Origin: a virus
Virus record (IMG/VR): IMGVR_UViG_3300020463_000009
Location: 32,001 to 96,000 of that record
Reading direction: 5' to 3' (one strand)
DNA length: 64,000 nucleotides
Position 1 is the stretch's first letter; each line of letters starts with the position of its first letter. Below the pieces are notes generated by a model that was not told the origin of the DNA, searched no databases, and was given only the letters and a program-made list of their open reading frames with translations. Of this stretch, positions 31,107 through 41,464 are shown piece after piece. The translations under genes were made by a program, and so were the position numbers.

Positions 31107-32291
31107 ATGGCCGAGACAGACAATAAAGTAGAGGCTTTGGAAAAAGAAGCGGTAGTAGAAGCTAGTGCTAACCCACAAGCTGACGCTCCGAAGAAGAATG
31201 CTGTACCGGCTGAACCTTCAAAAATGTCCAACGAGGCAGAAGATTTAGGTCCAGCGGTTGTAAAACCTACAGATTCTAATCCAGACGCTACGAAAAAAAC
31301 TAAACAAGTTTCTGGCGATGCTCAACAAAAATCTGCTGGTCCTGCTGACGCAATGCCAAAGATTAAAGAAGAGTCGGAAGAAACTAACGAAGGTTCGGAA
31401 GAAATCAAAGAAGGCGAAATGCCAAAAGCAGCTCTTGACGCTCTTAAAAAACATAATGATAAGAAAGAAGACAAGTCCGAGAAATCAGAATCAGATGAGA
31501 AAAAATCTGAAAAAGAAGGATACGGAATGAAGTCAGCTTCTTACAAAATGAAAAAAGAGGAAGTTGATGAGCATATGGACGCATTAGTAGCTGGACAAGA
31601 TGATTTATCCGAAGAATTTAAAACAAAAGCTGCAACCGTTTTTGAATCAGCAGTCAATTCTAAAGTAAAAGAAATTGCTGAAACAATGGATGCAGATTAC
31701 AACACGAAATTAGAGCAAGAAAGTGGAAAAGCAAAAGAAGAGTTAACTGAAAAAGTTGATTCTTACTTGTCTTACGTTGTTGAAGAGTGGATGAAAGAAA
31801 ACGAAATCGCTCTTGAACGAGGAATTAAAGGCGAGATTGCTGAAGACTTTATTACAGGTCTTAAAAAACTTTTCTCTGAACATTATATTGATGTTCCAGA
31901 TGAGAAGTATGACGTTTTAGAAGCGCAAGCAGCTAAAATTGAAGAACTGAATAAAAAGTTAAACGAGCAAATTGAATCGAATGTTGAACTAAACAAAGAC
32001 AACGCAGAGAAAACTAAAAACGAAGTTTTAGCTGATGTTGCTAATGATTTAGCAGACACTCAAAAAGAAAAATTTGCTAAACTTGCTGAAGAAATTGAAT
32101 ACTCAAACGCAGAAGACTTTAAGAAAAAGTGTGAGACTATTAAAGAATCATATTTTGGACAAAAGAAAGAAGCGACTGAGTCTTTAGATGATGTGGCGGC
32201 TGATGGTGAACTTTCAAACGAAGATTTATCAAAAGCAATGGCTGCTTACACTGCCGCTATAAGCAAAACAAAAGATATTAAAATATCTTAA
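31107..32291 (+). CDS. gp22: Prohead scaffolding protein gp22
   Basis: LSEEFK.KA.TVFE.AV, VD.YL.YVVEEW..EN..A...G, YIDVP; acidic coiled coil before the major capsid gene. Confidence 0.93.
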   Translation: MAETDNKVEALEKEAVVEASANPQADAPKKNAVPAEPSKMSNEAEDLGPAVVKPTDSNPDATKKTKQVSGDAQQKSAGPADAMPKIKEESEETNEGSEEIKEGEMPKAALDALKKHNDKKEDKSEKSESDEKKSEKEGYGMKSASYKMKKEEVDEHMDALVAGQDDLSEEFKTKAATVFESAVNSKVKEIAETMDADYNTKLEQESGKAKEELTEKVDSYLSYVVEEWMKENEIALERGIKGEIAEDFITGLKKLFSEHYIDVPDEKYDVLEAQAAKIEELNKKLNEQIESNVELNKDNAEKTKNEVLADVANDLADTQKEKFAKLAEEIEYSNAEDFKKKCETIKESYFGQKKEATESLDDVAADGELSNEDLSKAMAAYTAAISKTKDIKIS

Positions 32292-32317
32292 TTCAAGGGA
32301 AAAGGGAGAAAAATACA

Positions 32318-33658
32318 ATGTACTTATCCGAAACTCACGAAAAAAAATGGCAGCCAGTCCTAGAGCATCCTGATTTACCAAAAATCGGTGATTCTTACAG
32401 ACGTGCCGTCACCTCTGTTATCTTGGAAAACCAAGAAAGAGCTTCTAAAGAAGACGCTGCTTTCTTATCAGAAGCTGCACCTACTAACGCAACTGGTTCA
32501 GCAATCTCTAACTGGGATCCAATCCTAATTAGTTTGGTAAGAAGAGCAATGCCTAATTTAATTGCTTACGATATCGCAGGTGTTCAACCTATGACCGGTC
32601 CAACTGGTCTTATATTTGCTATGAGAAGCAGATACACTTCACAAACTGGCGCAGAAGCTATGTTTGACGAAGCTGATACTGATTTCTCTGGTAGAAATGC
32701 CGCTGGTTCAAGTGTAGATGGTTATTCATCTACTGCTCAGGCAGGAACTAACCCAGCAGTATTAAACGACTCTTCACCAGGTACTTTCACAAAAGGTACT
32801 GCTATGACTACAGCTGCGGCTGAAGCATTAGGTGACGCAAGTGGCAACGCTTTTGCTGAAATGGCTTTCTCAATCGAGAAATCTACGGTAACTGCTAAGT
32901 CAAGAGCTCTTAAAGCAGAATACACTATGGAACTTGCTCAAGACTTAAAAGCAATCCACGGTTTAGACGCTGAGACTGAACTTGCGAACATTTTATCTGC
33001 TGAGATTCTTGCAGAAATCAACAGAGAAGTTGTAAGAACAATTTACATCAACTCTGAAAAAGGTGCTCAAGCAAATACGACAACTGCTGGTATCTTTGAT
33101 TTAGACACAGACTCAAATGGTAGATGGTCAGTTGAGAGATTCAAAGGTCTTATGTTCCAATTGGAAAGAGACGCAAACAGAATCGCTCAGAGAACAAGAA
33201 GAGGTAAAGGTAATATGATAATCTGTTCTTCAGATGTTGCCTCTGCTCTTCAAATGGCAGGTGTATTAGACTATACTCCAGCTCTTAACAATAACCTAAA
33301 TGTTGATGACACAGGTAATACTTTTGCAGGTGTTCTTAACGGTAGATATAAAGTATATATTGACCCATATTCAGCAAACTCACCAGCAACAAAACAATTC
33401 TACGTTGTTGGTTACAAAGGTACTTCACCTTATGACGCTGGTATGTTCTATTGTCCATATGTACCTCTACAAATGGTTAGAGCTGTTGGTCAAGATACGT
33501 TCCAACCAAAAATCGGTTTCAAGACTAGATATGGCTTAGTTGCTAATCCATTCGCTGAAACTGGTGCGATTTCAGGTGCTGCTACAGCAGTAAATGACGC
33601 TGGTTCTGCTAACTCTAACAGATACTACCAAAAAGTACAAGTTGCAAACTTAATGTAA
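32318..33658 (+). CDS. gp23: Major capsid protein gp23
   Basis: PILISLVRRAMPNLIAYD..GVQPM.GPTGLIFAMR, KSRALKAEYT.ELAQDLKAIHGLDAE, FYCPYVPL, FQPKIGFKTRY. Confidence 0.99.
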   Translation: MYLSETHEKKWQPVLEHPDLPKIGDSYRRAVTSVILENQERASKEDAAFLSEAAPTNATGSAISNWDPILISLVRRAMPNLIAYDIAGVQPMTGPTGLIFAMRSRYTSQTGAEAMFDEADTDFSGRNAAGSSVDGYSSTAQAGTNPAVLNDSSPGTFTKGTAMTTAAAEALGDASGNAFAEMAFSIEKSTVTAKSRALKAEYTMELAQDLKAIHGLDAETELANILSAEILAEINREVVRTIYINSEKGAQANTTTAGIFDLDTDSNGRWSVERFKGLMFQLERDANRIAQRTRRGKGNMIICSSDVASALQMAGVLDYTPALNNNLNVDDTGNTFAGVLNGRYKVYIDPYSANSPATKQFYVVGYKGTSPYDAGMFYCPYVPLQMVRAVGQDTFQPKIGFKTRYGLVANPFAETGAISGAATAVNDAGSANSNRYYQKVQVANLM

Positions 33659-33685
33659 TTTTACTTTACGAAGTACAAACTTCAG

Positions 33686-33716
33686 AAAAGGGCGGCTTTA
33701 TGTCGCCCTTTTTTTT
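33686..33716 (+). terminator. Rho-independent terminator after gp23
   Basis: AAAAGGGCGGC-TTTAT-GTCGCCCTTTT followed by a T run. Confidence 0.9.
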
Positions 33717-33743
33717 GGCCTTCCTAAACGCCTAAATAGTAGT

Positions 33744-34370
33744 ATGACAACTACAAACGCATTATCAAGGCAACCGACTAAATTAGATTTAGCCTCACCA
33801 ACGCAGTTTAAGTTTCAGATATTGAAACTACCTAAAGTAGAATACTTTTGTACTGCTGTTAATTTACCTGGTTTAAGCCTCAATACGGTAACTCAACCAA
33901 CACCTTTAGCAGATATACCATTACCAGGAGAGAAGTTATCTTTTGGTGACCTAGAAATGACATTTTTAGTAGATGAAAATTTAGAAAACTATCAAGAGAT
34001 AAGTGGATGGCTGTTTGGATTAGGCTTTCCTAAATCTCGTACACAATTCGCAAACTTGGTAGAAGCCGCTAAAGACCGCTTTCCAACGAACGGAAAAGAC
34101 AGCCAGACGACAGACGCAGGTAAAGTTAAGTACGGTGCTCAACCTATAGGTCCTGTATTCTCGGATGCTACTTTGAATATATTGTCTAGTAAGAATAGGG
34201 CAAATATAGAAGTTAGATTTAACAATGTATTTCCAATAGGTTTAAGTGCTTTACAATTTACGCAACAAGCAACAGATGTTGATTACTTATCAGCAACGGT
34301 TACCTTTCAATATAAACTATACGAATTCGCAACAAAAAACGCTTCAAGTACAACAACAATCGTATCCTAA
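33744..34370 (+). CDS. gp3: Tail completion or tube terminator protein (gp3-like)
   Basis: SPT.F.F....P.VEYFC...NLPG, PG.K..F..L...FLVDE.LENY, FP..LS...F; position after gp23; CCTAAATA late-promoter variant at 33731. Confidence 0.75.
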   Translation: MTTTNALSRQPTKLDLASPTQFKFQILKLPKVEYFCTAVNLPGLSLNTVTQPTPLADIPLPGEKLSFGDLEMTFLVDENLENYQEISGWLFGLGFPKSRTQFANLVEAAKDRFPTNGKDSQTTDAGKVKYGAQPIGPVFSDATLNILSSKNRANIEVRFNNVFPIGLSALQFTQQATDVDYLSATVTFQYKLYEFATKNASSTTTIVS

Positions 34371-34372
34371 AC

Positions 34373-34401
34373 TTTACATTTTAGTGTGAATATGATACAT
34401 T
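34373..34401 (+). promoter_or_regulatory. sigma70-type promoter
   Basis: TTTACA-17 nt-TACATT with extended TG, upstream of uvsY. Confidence 0.55.
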
Positions 34402-34410
34402 ATATACATT

Positions 34411-34839
34411 ATGGATTTAGAAAAACTACAAGAACAGGTTGATAAAGATTTAAAGCTCAACGAGACGGAACTTGACCTTGAATCTTTGAAAACACCTCAA
34501 TTACACAACAAATATATGAAACACTTTACAACATTTAAATTAATGTTGAGTAAGGCAGAATCAGAATTGCATACAATTAAAAGGGAAAAATGGGAGTATT
34601 ATACAGGTAAGGCTGACGCCTCTGTATATGCAGAAAAACCATTTAATTTAAAAATATTAAAACAAGACGTTGACAAATATCTGGATTCAGATGTAGATAT
34701 TCAACGTGCAAAACATAAAGTAGATTACTTACAAACTACAACCGATTTTTTAGATAGAACTATTAGACAAATTTCAAATAGAACCTTCACAATAAAAAAT
34801 GCGATTGAATGGCGTAAGTTTACTAGCGGCGCTATTTAA
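34411..34839 (+). CDS. uvsY: Recombination mediator UvsY
   Basis: LD.ESLK.P.LH.KY, YY.GKA, R.F.IKNAIEW.KF..G. Confidence 0.93.
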   Translation: MDLEKLQEQVDKDLKLNETELDLESLKTPQLHNKYMKHFTTFKLMLSKAESELHTIKREKWEYYTGKADASVYAEKPFNLKILKQDVDKYLDSDVDIQRAKHKVDYLQTTTDFLDRTIRQISNRTFTIKNAIEWRKFTSGAI

Positions 34840-34841
34840 TA

Positions 34842-36323
34842 ATGAGCAATTTAAGATATCTTGTTATAGACAAGAAAGATGACGTATATTTAAAGATAGA
34901 CGCAGACGAGAGTATTCGTAGAGACCTCGGTGAATTCTTTACCTTTGAAGTACCTGGTTTTAAGTTTATGCCACAATTTAGAAATAGAGTGTGGGATGGA
35001 AAGATAAGATTGTTTTCTTATCAAACAGGACAAATATATGTTGGTCTATATCCTTATATCTTAAAATGGTGTGCTGATAATGAAGTTGAAGTAGTTGATG
35101 GTACAAAAATACAAGAAACAAAAGTTGAAGAAAAAAAAGTTGACGCCTTTATCAATGCATTAAAAATACCACTAGAAGTTAGAGATTATCAAAAAGAAGC
35201 ATTTATATATGCAACTCAAAAAAATAGGTGTTTACTATTATCACCAACAGCCTCTGGTAAATCTCTTATTACATATCTATTAGTAAGATTTAATTTATTA
35301 AGACTAAAGAAAAAGATATTAATTATTGTACCAACAACTTCATTAGTTGAACAATTATATAAAGATTTTAAAGACTATGGTTGGTCGCCTGAAAAGAATG
35401 TACATAAAATATATCAAGGTCACGGTAAAGAAACAAATAAAAGAGTTGTAATATCTACTTGGCAATCAATATACAATATGCCTAAAAAATGGTTTACACA
35501 ATACGAAATGATAATAGGTGATGAGGCACATTTATTTAAAGCAGTATCACTTACTAAAATCTTGACAAAACTGGTAAAATGCCCATATAAAATAGGTATG
35601 ACAGGTACATTAGACGGTTCAAAAACACACAAACTTGTATTAGAAGGCCTATTTGGTGCTGTAAATAAAGTAGTAACCACAACGGAACTTATGGAGAAAG
35701 GAAAACTAGCTGACCTCAAAATATTCTGTTTGGTTTTACAACACGGTAAAATAGAAAGAGAATTTTTAAAAGATAAAAATTATCAAGAAGAAATGGATTT
35801 TATTGTTTCTAGTGATAAAAGAAACAAGTATATTAGAAATTTGGCCGCTGGCCTACAAGGCAATACACTATGTTTATTTCAATATGTAGAAAAACACGGA
35901 AAGAACCTTTATGAATCGATACAAACTAAAGCAAAAGATAAACAAGTCTTTTATGTATATGGCGGAGTTGAAGCCGAACAAAGAGAACGTATTAGAGAAC
36001 TTACGGAAAAGTCAGACAATTCTATTATCGTGGCTTCGTACGGAACCTTCTCGACTGGAATTAATATTAGGAACTTGCATAATATTATTTTCGCTAGCCC
36101 TAGCAAGTCTCGTATAAGAAATTTACAATCTATTGGTCGTGGTTTAAGACTAAAAGATAATAACTCACACGCAACTTTATATGATGTCGCAGATGACTTA
36201 TCGTATAATAACAAAGAGAACTATACTCTGGCTCACTTCAGAGAACGGATAAATATTTACAGCGGTGAAGACTTTGATTATGAAATTCACAACATAGAGT
36301 TAAACAATGCACCAAAAGATTAA
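34842..36323 (+). CDS. uvsW: DNA helicase UvsW
   Basis: WDGKIRLF, SPTASGKS, GDEAH, G.TGT, FSTGINI, QSIGRGLR. Confidence 0.96.
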   Translation: MSNLRYLVIDKKDDVYLKIDADESIRRDLGEFFTFEVPGFKFMPQFRNRVWDGKIRLFSYQTGQIYVGLYPYILKWCADNEVEVVDGTKIQETKVEEKKVDAFINALKIPLEVRDYQKEAFIYATQKNRCLLLSPTASGKSLITYLLVRFNLLRLKKKILIIVPTTSLVEQLYKDFKDYGWSPEKNVHKIYQGHGKETNKRVVISTWQSIYNMPKKWFTQYEMIIGDEAHLFKAVSLTKILTKLVKCPYKIGMTGTLDGSKTHKLVLEGLFGAVNKVVTTTELMEKGKLADLKIFCLVLQHGKIEREFLKDKNYQEEMDFIVSSDKRNKYIRNLAAGLQGNTLCLFQYVEKHGKNLYESIQTKAKDKQVFYVYGGVEAEQRERIRELTEKSDNSIIVASYGTFSTGINIRNLHNIIFASPSKSRIRNLQSIGRGLRLKDNNSHATLYDVADDLSYNNKENYTLAHFRERINIYSGEDFDYEIHNIELNNAPKD

Positions 36324-36762
36324 AGAACAAGTAAACGTAAAAATTATTAAGCTTATCAATGGTGAAGATATTGTATGTCATTTACCACAAAAAGATAAGC
36401 AGTTACCAGACGACTCGGCTTTATTGAGATTGCATAGACCTTTACAGGTTAAGTATGTACCTCAAATAACACCTGGTGGTTTTAAAGATTATATTGCCTT
36501 GATTCGTTGGGTCAATTTTACACCTGACAATATTATAACTATCCCAAAAGATAAAATAATGACAATTGCTGGCGCAAGTAAAGAAATGGTAAAATCATAT
36601 TCATTAATTGAAAAAGATTATCATACTCTAAAGACGCCAGACAAAGACCAATCTGTGTATAAACAAAAGAAATTCACAGACGAAGAAAGTAAGAGAATAA
36701 GAGAAATATTTGAAGATATTGAATATGATGAAGATGATGAAGGAAACAAAACTATCCACTAG
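36307..36762 (+). CDS. Conserved T4-like hypothetical protein (Sm-like fold)
   Basis: IIKLINGEDI.. N-terminus; conserved position between uvsW and gp55. Confidence 0.55.
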   Translation: MHQKIKEQVNVKIIKLINGEDIVCHLPQKDKQLPDDSALLRLHRPLQVKYVPQITPGGFKDYIALIRWVNFTPDNIITIPKDKIMTIAGASKEMVKSYSLIEKDYHTLKTPDKDQSVYKQKKFTDEESKRIREIFEDIEYDEDDEGNKTIH

Positions 36763-36834
36763 ACTCTGTTTCTTGAAGACGCTACACCGCTCATTATACA
36801 CCGATTTTTTCAATTGTCAAGTGTGAAACGAGCA

Positions 36835-36863
36835 TTGACTTTTTTTTAATTTTGATATAATAT
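36835..36863 (+). promoter_or_regulatory. sigma70-type promoter of gp55
   Basis: TTGACT followed by TG-A-TATAAT. Confidence 0.6.
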
Positions 36864-36872
36864 GAGGACATA

Positions 36873-37391
36873 ATGACCAGAACAAAAGCAAAACCAGAAC
36901 ACTACGTTAATAACAAAGAATTCTTAGCCGCTATGGTTGAGTATAGAAAGTCTGTTAACAAGGCAAAGAGAAAAAAATTATCTAAGCCTCCTGTTACCGA
37001 TTATATTGGTAGTTGTTTCTTAAAGATAGCGAATCACCTATCGTATAGACCAAATTTTATTAATTATACTTACAGAGACGATATGATTTCTGATGGTATA
37101 GAAAATTGTTTACAATACCTAGATAATTTTAATCCAGAAAAATCAAACAATCCGTTTGCATATTTCACACAAATAATTTATTATGCATTTATACGTAGAA
37201 TTCAAAAAGAAAAGAAACAAACAACAATCAAACAAAAGATGATTGCTGAATCTAATTATGATGATATGACTTTACAACCAGGTGATGACAGAGATTTCAA
37301 GAATCAATTTACTGAATTTTTAAAAGCAAATTTACCTAAAGAAGATAACTCCGAGCCAGCACCTAAAAAAAAGAAAACTAAAAAGAAGTAA
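36873..37391 (+). CDS. gp55: Late-transcription sigma factor gp55
   Basis: HYVNNKEF, IG.CFLKIA.HLS.RPNF.NY...DMI.DGIENC, NPFAYFTQI...AF.RRI.KEK.Q. Confidence 0.96.
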   Translation: MTRTKAKPEHYVNNKEFLAAMVEYRKSVNKAKRKKLSKPPVTDYIGSCFLKIANHLSYRPNFINYTYRDDMISDGIENCLQYLDNFNPEKSNNPFAYFTQIIYYAFIRRIQKEKKQTTIKQKMIAESNYDDMTLQPGDDRDFKNQFTEFLKANLPKEDNSEPAPKKKKTKKK

Positions 37392-38437
37392 TGAAGATAG
37401 CGTTGTTAAATGATACTCACTTCGGTGTGAGAAACGATAGTCCAGCCTTTTTAAAATATCAAAATAGGTTTTATAATGAACTATTTTTTCCTTATATTAT
37501 AGAGAATAAGATAGATACATTAATACACCTAGGTGATGTGGTTGATAGAAGAAAGTTTATAAACCATAATACAGCACACAATTTTAAAAAAGTATTTTGG
37601 GACAAATTAGATGAATTAAACATTGATACACATATTATAATAGGTAACCACGATACTTATTATAAGAACACAAACGAAGTAAATGCCTTACAAAATTTAG
37701 AAATTAGTAAAAATACCAAAGTATATACAGAGGCAACTGAATTAGAATTTGATGGTCTTAATATACTATTCATACCTTGGATTTGTGATGATAACGAAAC
37801 AAGGTCAGTAGAAACAATTAAAAATAGTACATCACCTCTTGCAATGGGTCATTTAGAGATAAAAGGATTTGAAATGCACAATGGCCATTTTAATGACCAC
37901 GGCCAAGAAAAGGCGATGTTTAAAAGATTTGAAAAAGTTTTGTCTGGTCACTTTCATAAAAAGTCAGATGACGGACAAATATATTATCTTGGTACACAAT
38001 ACGAAATGACTTGGTCAGATTATATGTGTCCTAAAGGATTTCATATTTTTGATACTCAAACAAGAGAGATAACAAGAGTACCTAATCCTATCAGAATGTT
38101 CAAGAAGATAATGTACAACGATAAAGAAACTAACTATGATACATTTAGTTTAGATGAATATGATAATTGTTATGTAAAATTATTTATTTCAATTAAATCT
38201 GATAATGATATGTATAACAGACTTATGGATAGAATATACAGCTCTATTAATGTTCACGCCATAGATGTTATAGAAGATATGTCAGATGTAAATGTAACCG
38301 TTAGAGACGATTTACTTGAACAAGGAGAAGATACATTAACATTTTTAGGTAACTATATTGAACAAGTTAATACAGACCTAGATAAACAAAAGTTAAAGAC
38401 TTTTGCAAAAGAACTATACAGCGAGGCAAGTGAATGA
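37391..38437 (+). CDS. gp47: Recombination endonuclease subunit gp47 (SbcD/Mre11-like)
   Basis: DTHFG, HLGD..DRRK, GNHD, SGHFH phosphoesterase motifs. Confidence 0.96.
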   Translation: MKIALLNDTHFGVRNDSPAFLKYQNRFYNELFFPYIIENKIDTLIHLGDVVDRRKFINHNTAHNFKKVFWDKLDELNIDTHIIIGNHDTYYKNTNEVNALQNLEISKNTKVYTEATELEFDGLNILFIPWICDDNETRSVETIKNSTSPLAMGHLEIKGFEMHNGHFNDHGQEKAMFKRFEKVLSGHFHKKSDDGQIYYLGTQYEMTWSDYMCPKGFHIFDTQTREITRVPNPIRMFKKIMYNDKETNYDTFSLDEYDNCYVKLFISIKSDNDMYNRLMDRIYSSINVHAIDVIEDMSDVNVTVRDDLLEQGEDTLTFLGNYIEQVNTDLDKQKLKTFAKELYSEASE

Positions 38438-39126
38438 AACCAGAGATATTAGGAAATATAAAGTTTGGACCATATGTGGCATTGATGAAAGTACATCAAC
38501 CATTAATTGATGGTCTATTAAAAAGAGCAGAAAAAAAAGAAGAAGGTTCAGGAAATTCTGAACTAGCAAGTTTAATGTCAGACCAAAGAGGCTATAATAT
38601 GGAAGATAAAGGTTGGTTTGTTAAAGAATTTCAACCATACATAGACTCTTATGTAGATGGTAATTGTGAATTTTTAGGTACAACTTATAAAGAACCAGAA
38701 TGGTCTAACAAATTTAATCTAATGAGTTTATGGATTAATTATATGAAAGAAAATGAATATAATCCATCACATACACATAGCGGAATGTTATCTTGGGTTA
38801 TGTATTTAAAAACACACGACCTAGAAAAAGAAAGAAAAGAATATACAGGTAGAAGTGCTGGACCAGGTGCAACTATATTTCATTATGGTGAACACTCTTT
38901 CCCACAATGGGCAACTCATACACAATCATATTTACCTGAAGAAGGATATGTATGGATTTTTCCTGCTTTGTTGAGACACGAAGTTATACCTTTTAAAACA
39001 CCAGGTACCAGAATAAGTGTATCAGGCAATTTATACTTTAAACATCCAGGTCAAGAATCAGCAGCAGAACCGGCACCTATGGATCCGGACTTTAAAAGAC
39101 CACCAAACGGTACAATGATTAGATAA
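38434..39126 (+). CDS. Putative 2OG-Fe(II) oxygenase
   Basis: W.N......YNP.H.H.G.LS.V.YL ... IFPA.L.H.V.P......RIS.SGN. Confidence 0.8.
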   Translation: MKPEILGNIKFGPYVALMKVHQPLIDGLLKRAEKKEEGSGNSELASLMSDQRGYNMEDKGWFVKEFQPYIDSYVDGNCEFLGTTYKEPEWSNKFNLMSLWINYMKENEYNPSHTHSGMLSWVMYLKTHDLEKERKEYTGRSAGPGATIFHYGEHSFPQWATHTQSYLPEEGYVWIFPALLRHEVIPFKTPGTRISVSGNLYFKHPGQESAAEPAPMDPDFKRPPNGTMIR

Positions 39127-39133
39127 TTACTAA

Positions 39134-40849
39134 ATGATATTATTTAAAAGACTAAATTATAAAAACTTCTTATCAAGTGGCAACCAACCAATTATTATTG
39201 ATTTAGATAAGTCTCAAATGACTTTGATTGTCGGTACAAATGGTAGTGGTAAATCCACTTTGTTAGACGCTTTATGTTTTGTTTTATTTAATAGGCCATT
39301 TAGAATAATTAAAAAAGAACAAATGGTCAATACTATTAACAATGGTGATTGTATAGTAGAAGTTGACTTTGACGTTGGTACCAAATCGTATAAAGTAAGA
39401 AGAGGTATTAAGCCAAATTTATTTGAGATATTTTGTGATGGTAAAAAACTAAATCAAGACGCCAATAACATTGATTATCAAAAGTATCTTGAACAAAATA
39501 TAATGAAACTTAATTACAGGTCTTTTATACAAGTTGTTTTATTAGGTTCTTCCTCGTATGAGCCATTTATGAAAATGAAACCAAGATATAGAAGAGAAGT
39601 TGTTGAAGAGATACTTGATATTAGAGTTTTTGGCCTTATGGACTTAATATTACGTTCCCAACAGAGCGACCTTCAAAAAAAGTTGACGGAGGTGAGGCAC
39701 CAATGCGAGTTAATAAAGACCAAGTATGAAACTGAAGCAAAGTATCTAAAAACTCTGGAGGCGAAAGGAACAGACAACCAGACGGTAACGCTAAAAAAAC
39801 TAGAGGAAAATAAACAAAATAAGTTAATATATGATAGAAAACTACAATCTATAAATGAGGCTATAGCCGTAAGTCAAAGAGAGTTAATTGGTAAAGAATC
39901 TACTGAAACTAAACTAAAAGAACTAACAAAACTTGAAACAAAGATAGAACAAAACCTAGACACTCATAAAAAGTCATTAACATTTTTTAATGAAAATGAT
40001 AATTGTCCTGTATGTACACAAAAGATAGACGACCAGTTTAAGGCAACCAAATGCGAACACGAAAAAAATACAATCACAAAACTAGAAAAAGGTCTAGTCC
40101 AGCTTGTAGAAGAAATATCAAAACAAGAACAAAAAGTATCTGCTTTTACCAAGGTTTCAGACAAGATATCGGATATGAAATTACAGATAGCAAAGGTTTC
40201 ATCCTCATTAGAAAGCTTGAAAACACAAAGCGACCAGATACAACAAGATATTACTAGAGTAAATGAAAAAGATACAGACATTGAATCAATAGAACTTGAA
40301 CTAGAAAAAATGAGAGTTGATTTAAAAGCAGCTGAAGTTGATTTAGATAAGGTACAAGAAGAAAAAGGTTACGTAGATATATTAAGAGAAATACTTAACG
40401 ACAAAGGTGCTAAAGCACAAATCATACGTAAGTATGTACCTATTATGAATAGTCTTATTAATAAATATTTACAGGCAATGGACTTCTATATTTCATTTAA
40501 CCTAGATGAAGAGTTTAATGAAACCGTTAAATCAAGATTTAGAGATACCTTTAACTATAATAACTTTAGTGAGGGTGAGAAAATGAGAATAGACCTTGCT
40601 TTACTATTTACTTGGCGAGACATTGCAAGAATGAAGAATAGTACAAATACTAATCTATTAATACTAGATGAAATATTTGATTCATCATTAGACGGCCAAG
40701 GTACAGATGACTTCTTTAAAATTATTAAAACTTTAGAGAAAGAAAATATCTTTATTATATCACATAAAGGCGATATACTATTTGATAAATTTACAAACAT
40801 TATTAAATATGAGAAAGTACAAAACTTTACACAATTAGGAACAATATGA
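39134..40849 (+). CDS. gp46: Recombination ATPase subunit gp46 (SbcC/Rad50-like)
   Basis: GTNGSGKST, CPVC zinc hook, FSEGEKMRIDLALL, LILDEIFDSSLD. Confidence 0.97.
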   Translation: MILFKRLNYKNFLSSGNQPIIIDLDKSQMTLIVGTNGSGKSTLLDALCFVLFNRPFRIIKKEQMVNTINNGDCIVEVDFDVGTKSYKVRRGIKPNLFEIFCDGKKLNQDANNIDYQKYLEQNIMKLNYRSFIQVVLLGSSSYEPFMKMKPRYRREVVEEILDIRVFGLMDLILRSQQSDLQKKLTEVRHQCELIKTKYETEAKYLKTLEAKGTDNQTVTLKKLEENKQNKLIYDRKLQSINEAIAVSQRELIGKESTETKLKELTKLETKIEQNLDTHKKSLTFFNENDNCPVCTQKIDDQFKATKCEHEKNTITKLEKGLVQLVEEISKQEQKVSAFTKVSDKISDMKLQIAKVSSSLESLKTQSDQIQQDITRVNEKDTDIESIELELEKMRVDLKAAEVDLDKVQEEKGYVDILREILNDKGAKAQIIRKYVPIMNSLINKYLQAMDFYISFNLDEEFNETVKSRFRDTFNYNNFSEGEKMRIDLALLFTWRDIARMKNSTNTNLLILDEIFDSSLDGQGTDDFFKIIKTLEKENIFIISHKGDILFDKFTNIIKYEKVQNFTQLGTI

Positions 40850-41433
40850 CAGATAAAAAGATAAAAGAATTACAATTAATACCAGCTGATGACTCTAGAA
40901 TACTATCAGCAATAGCACCTTTTACAGATGATATGTTAAAAGAATCAAGTATTGATTTTAAGACAAGAGCTGAAGTTTCTAAATCTATGTTTATGGCAAT
41001 GAAGAAATATGGTGGTATAGGGTTAACTGCCAATCAAGTAGGTTTACCTTTTAGAATGTTTGTAATGGGTAATCATTTATCATTAGAGAATGGTGAAAAA
41101 TATGCTTGTTGGAATCCAAAGATTAAATCTGTATCAAAAGAACACCTTTTATTACAAGAAGGTTGTTTAACCTTTCCTTATTTGTTTTTGAAAATTAGTA
41201 GACCTAGTAAATGCATTGTAGAGTTTGAAGATGATGATGGTAAGAAAGTAGAGAAAGAATTTGGTGGTATGTTCTCACGAATCTATCAACACGAATTTGA
41301 CCATACACTAGGTATAACCTTTGTTGAAAAAGTCTCAAAATTAAAGTTTGATTTAGCTAAGAAAAAGGCAGAGAAAATGTACAAAAGAGATTTAAAACTA
41401 GCAGAGATTGAAAAATCACGAAAACAAGCTTGA
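40846..41433 (+). CDS. def: Peptide deformylase
   Basis: GIGLTANQVG, EGCLT and QHEFDH catalytic motifs. Confidence 0.94.
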   Translation: MTDKKIKELQLIPADDSRILSAIAPFTDDMLKESSIDFKTRAEVSKSMFMAMKKYGGIGLTANQVGLPFRMFVMGNHLSLENGEKYACWNPKIKSVSKEHLLLQEGCLTFPYLFLKISRPSKCIVEFEDDDGKKVEKEFGGMFSRIYQHEFDHTLGITFVEKVSKLKFDLAKKKAEKMYKRDLKLAEIEKSRKQA

Positions 41434-41458
41434 CAATCATTTAATATTAGTGTAGGTT
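41430..41458 (+). promoter_or_regulatory. sigma70-type promoter
   Basis: TTGACA-17 nt-TAGGTT upstream of 41465. Confidence 0.6.
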
Positions 41459-41464
41459 ACATAT

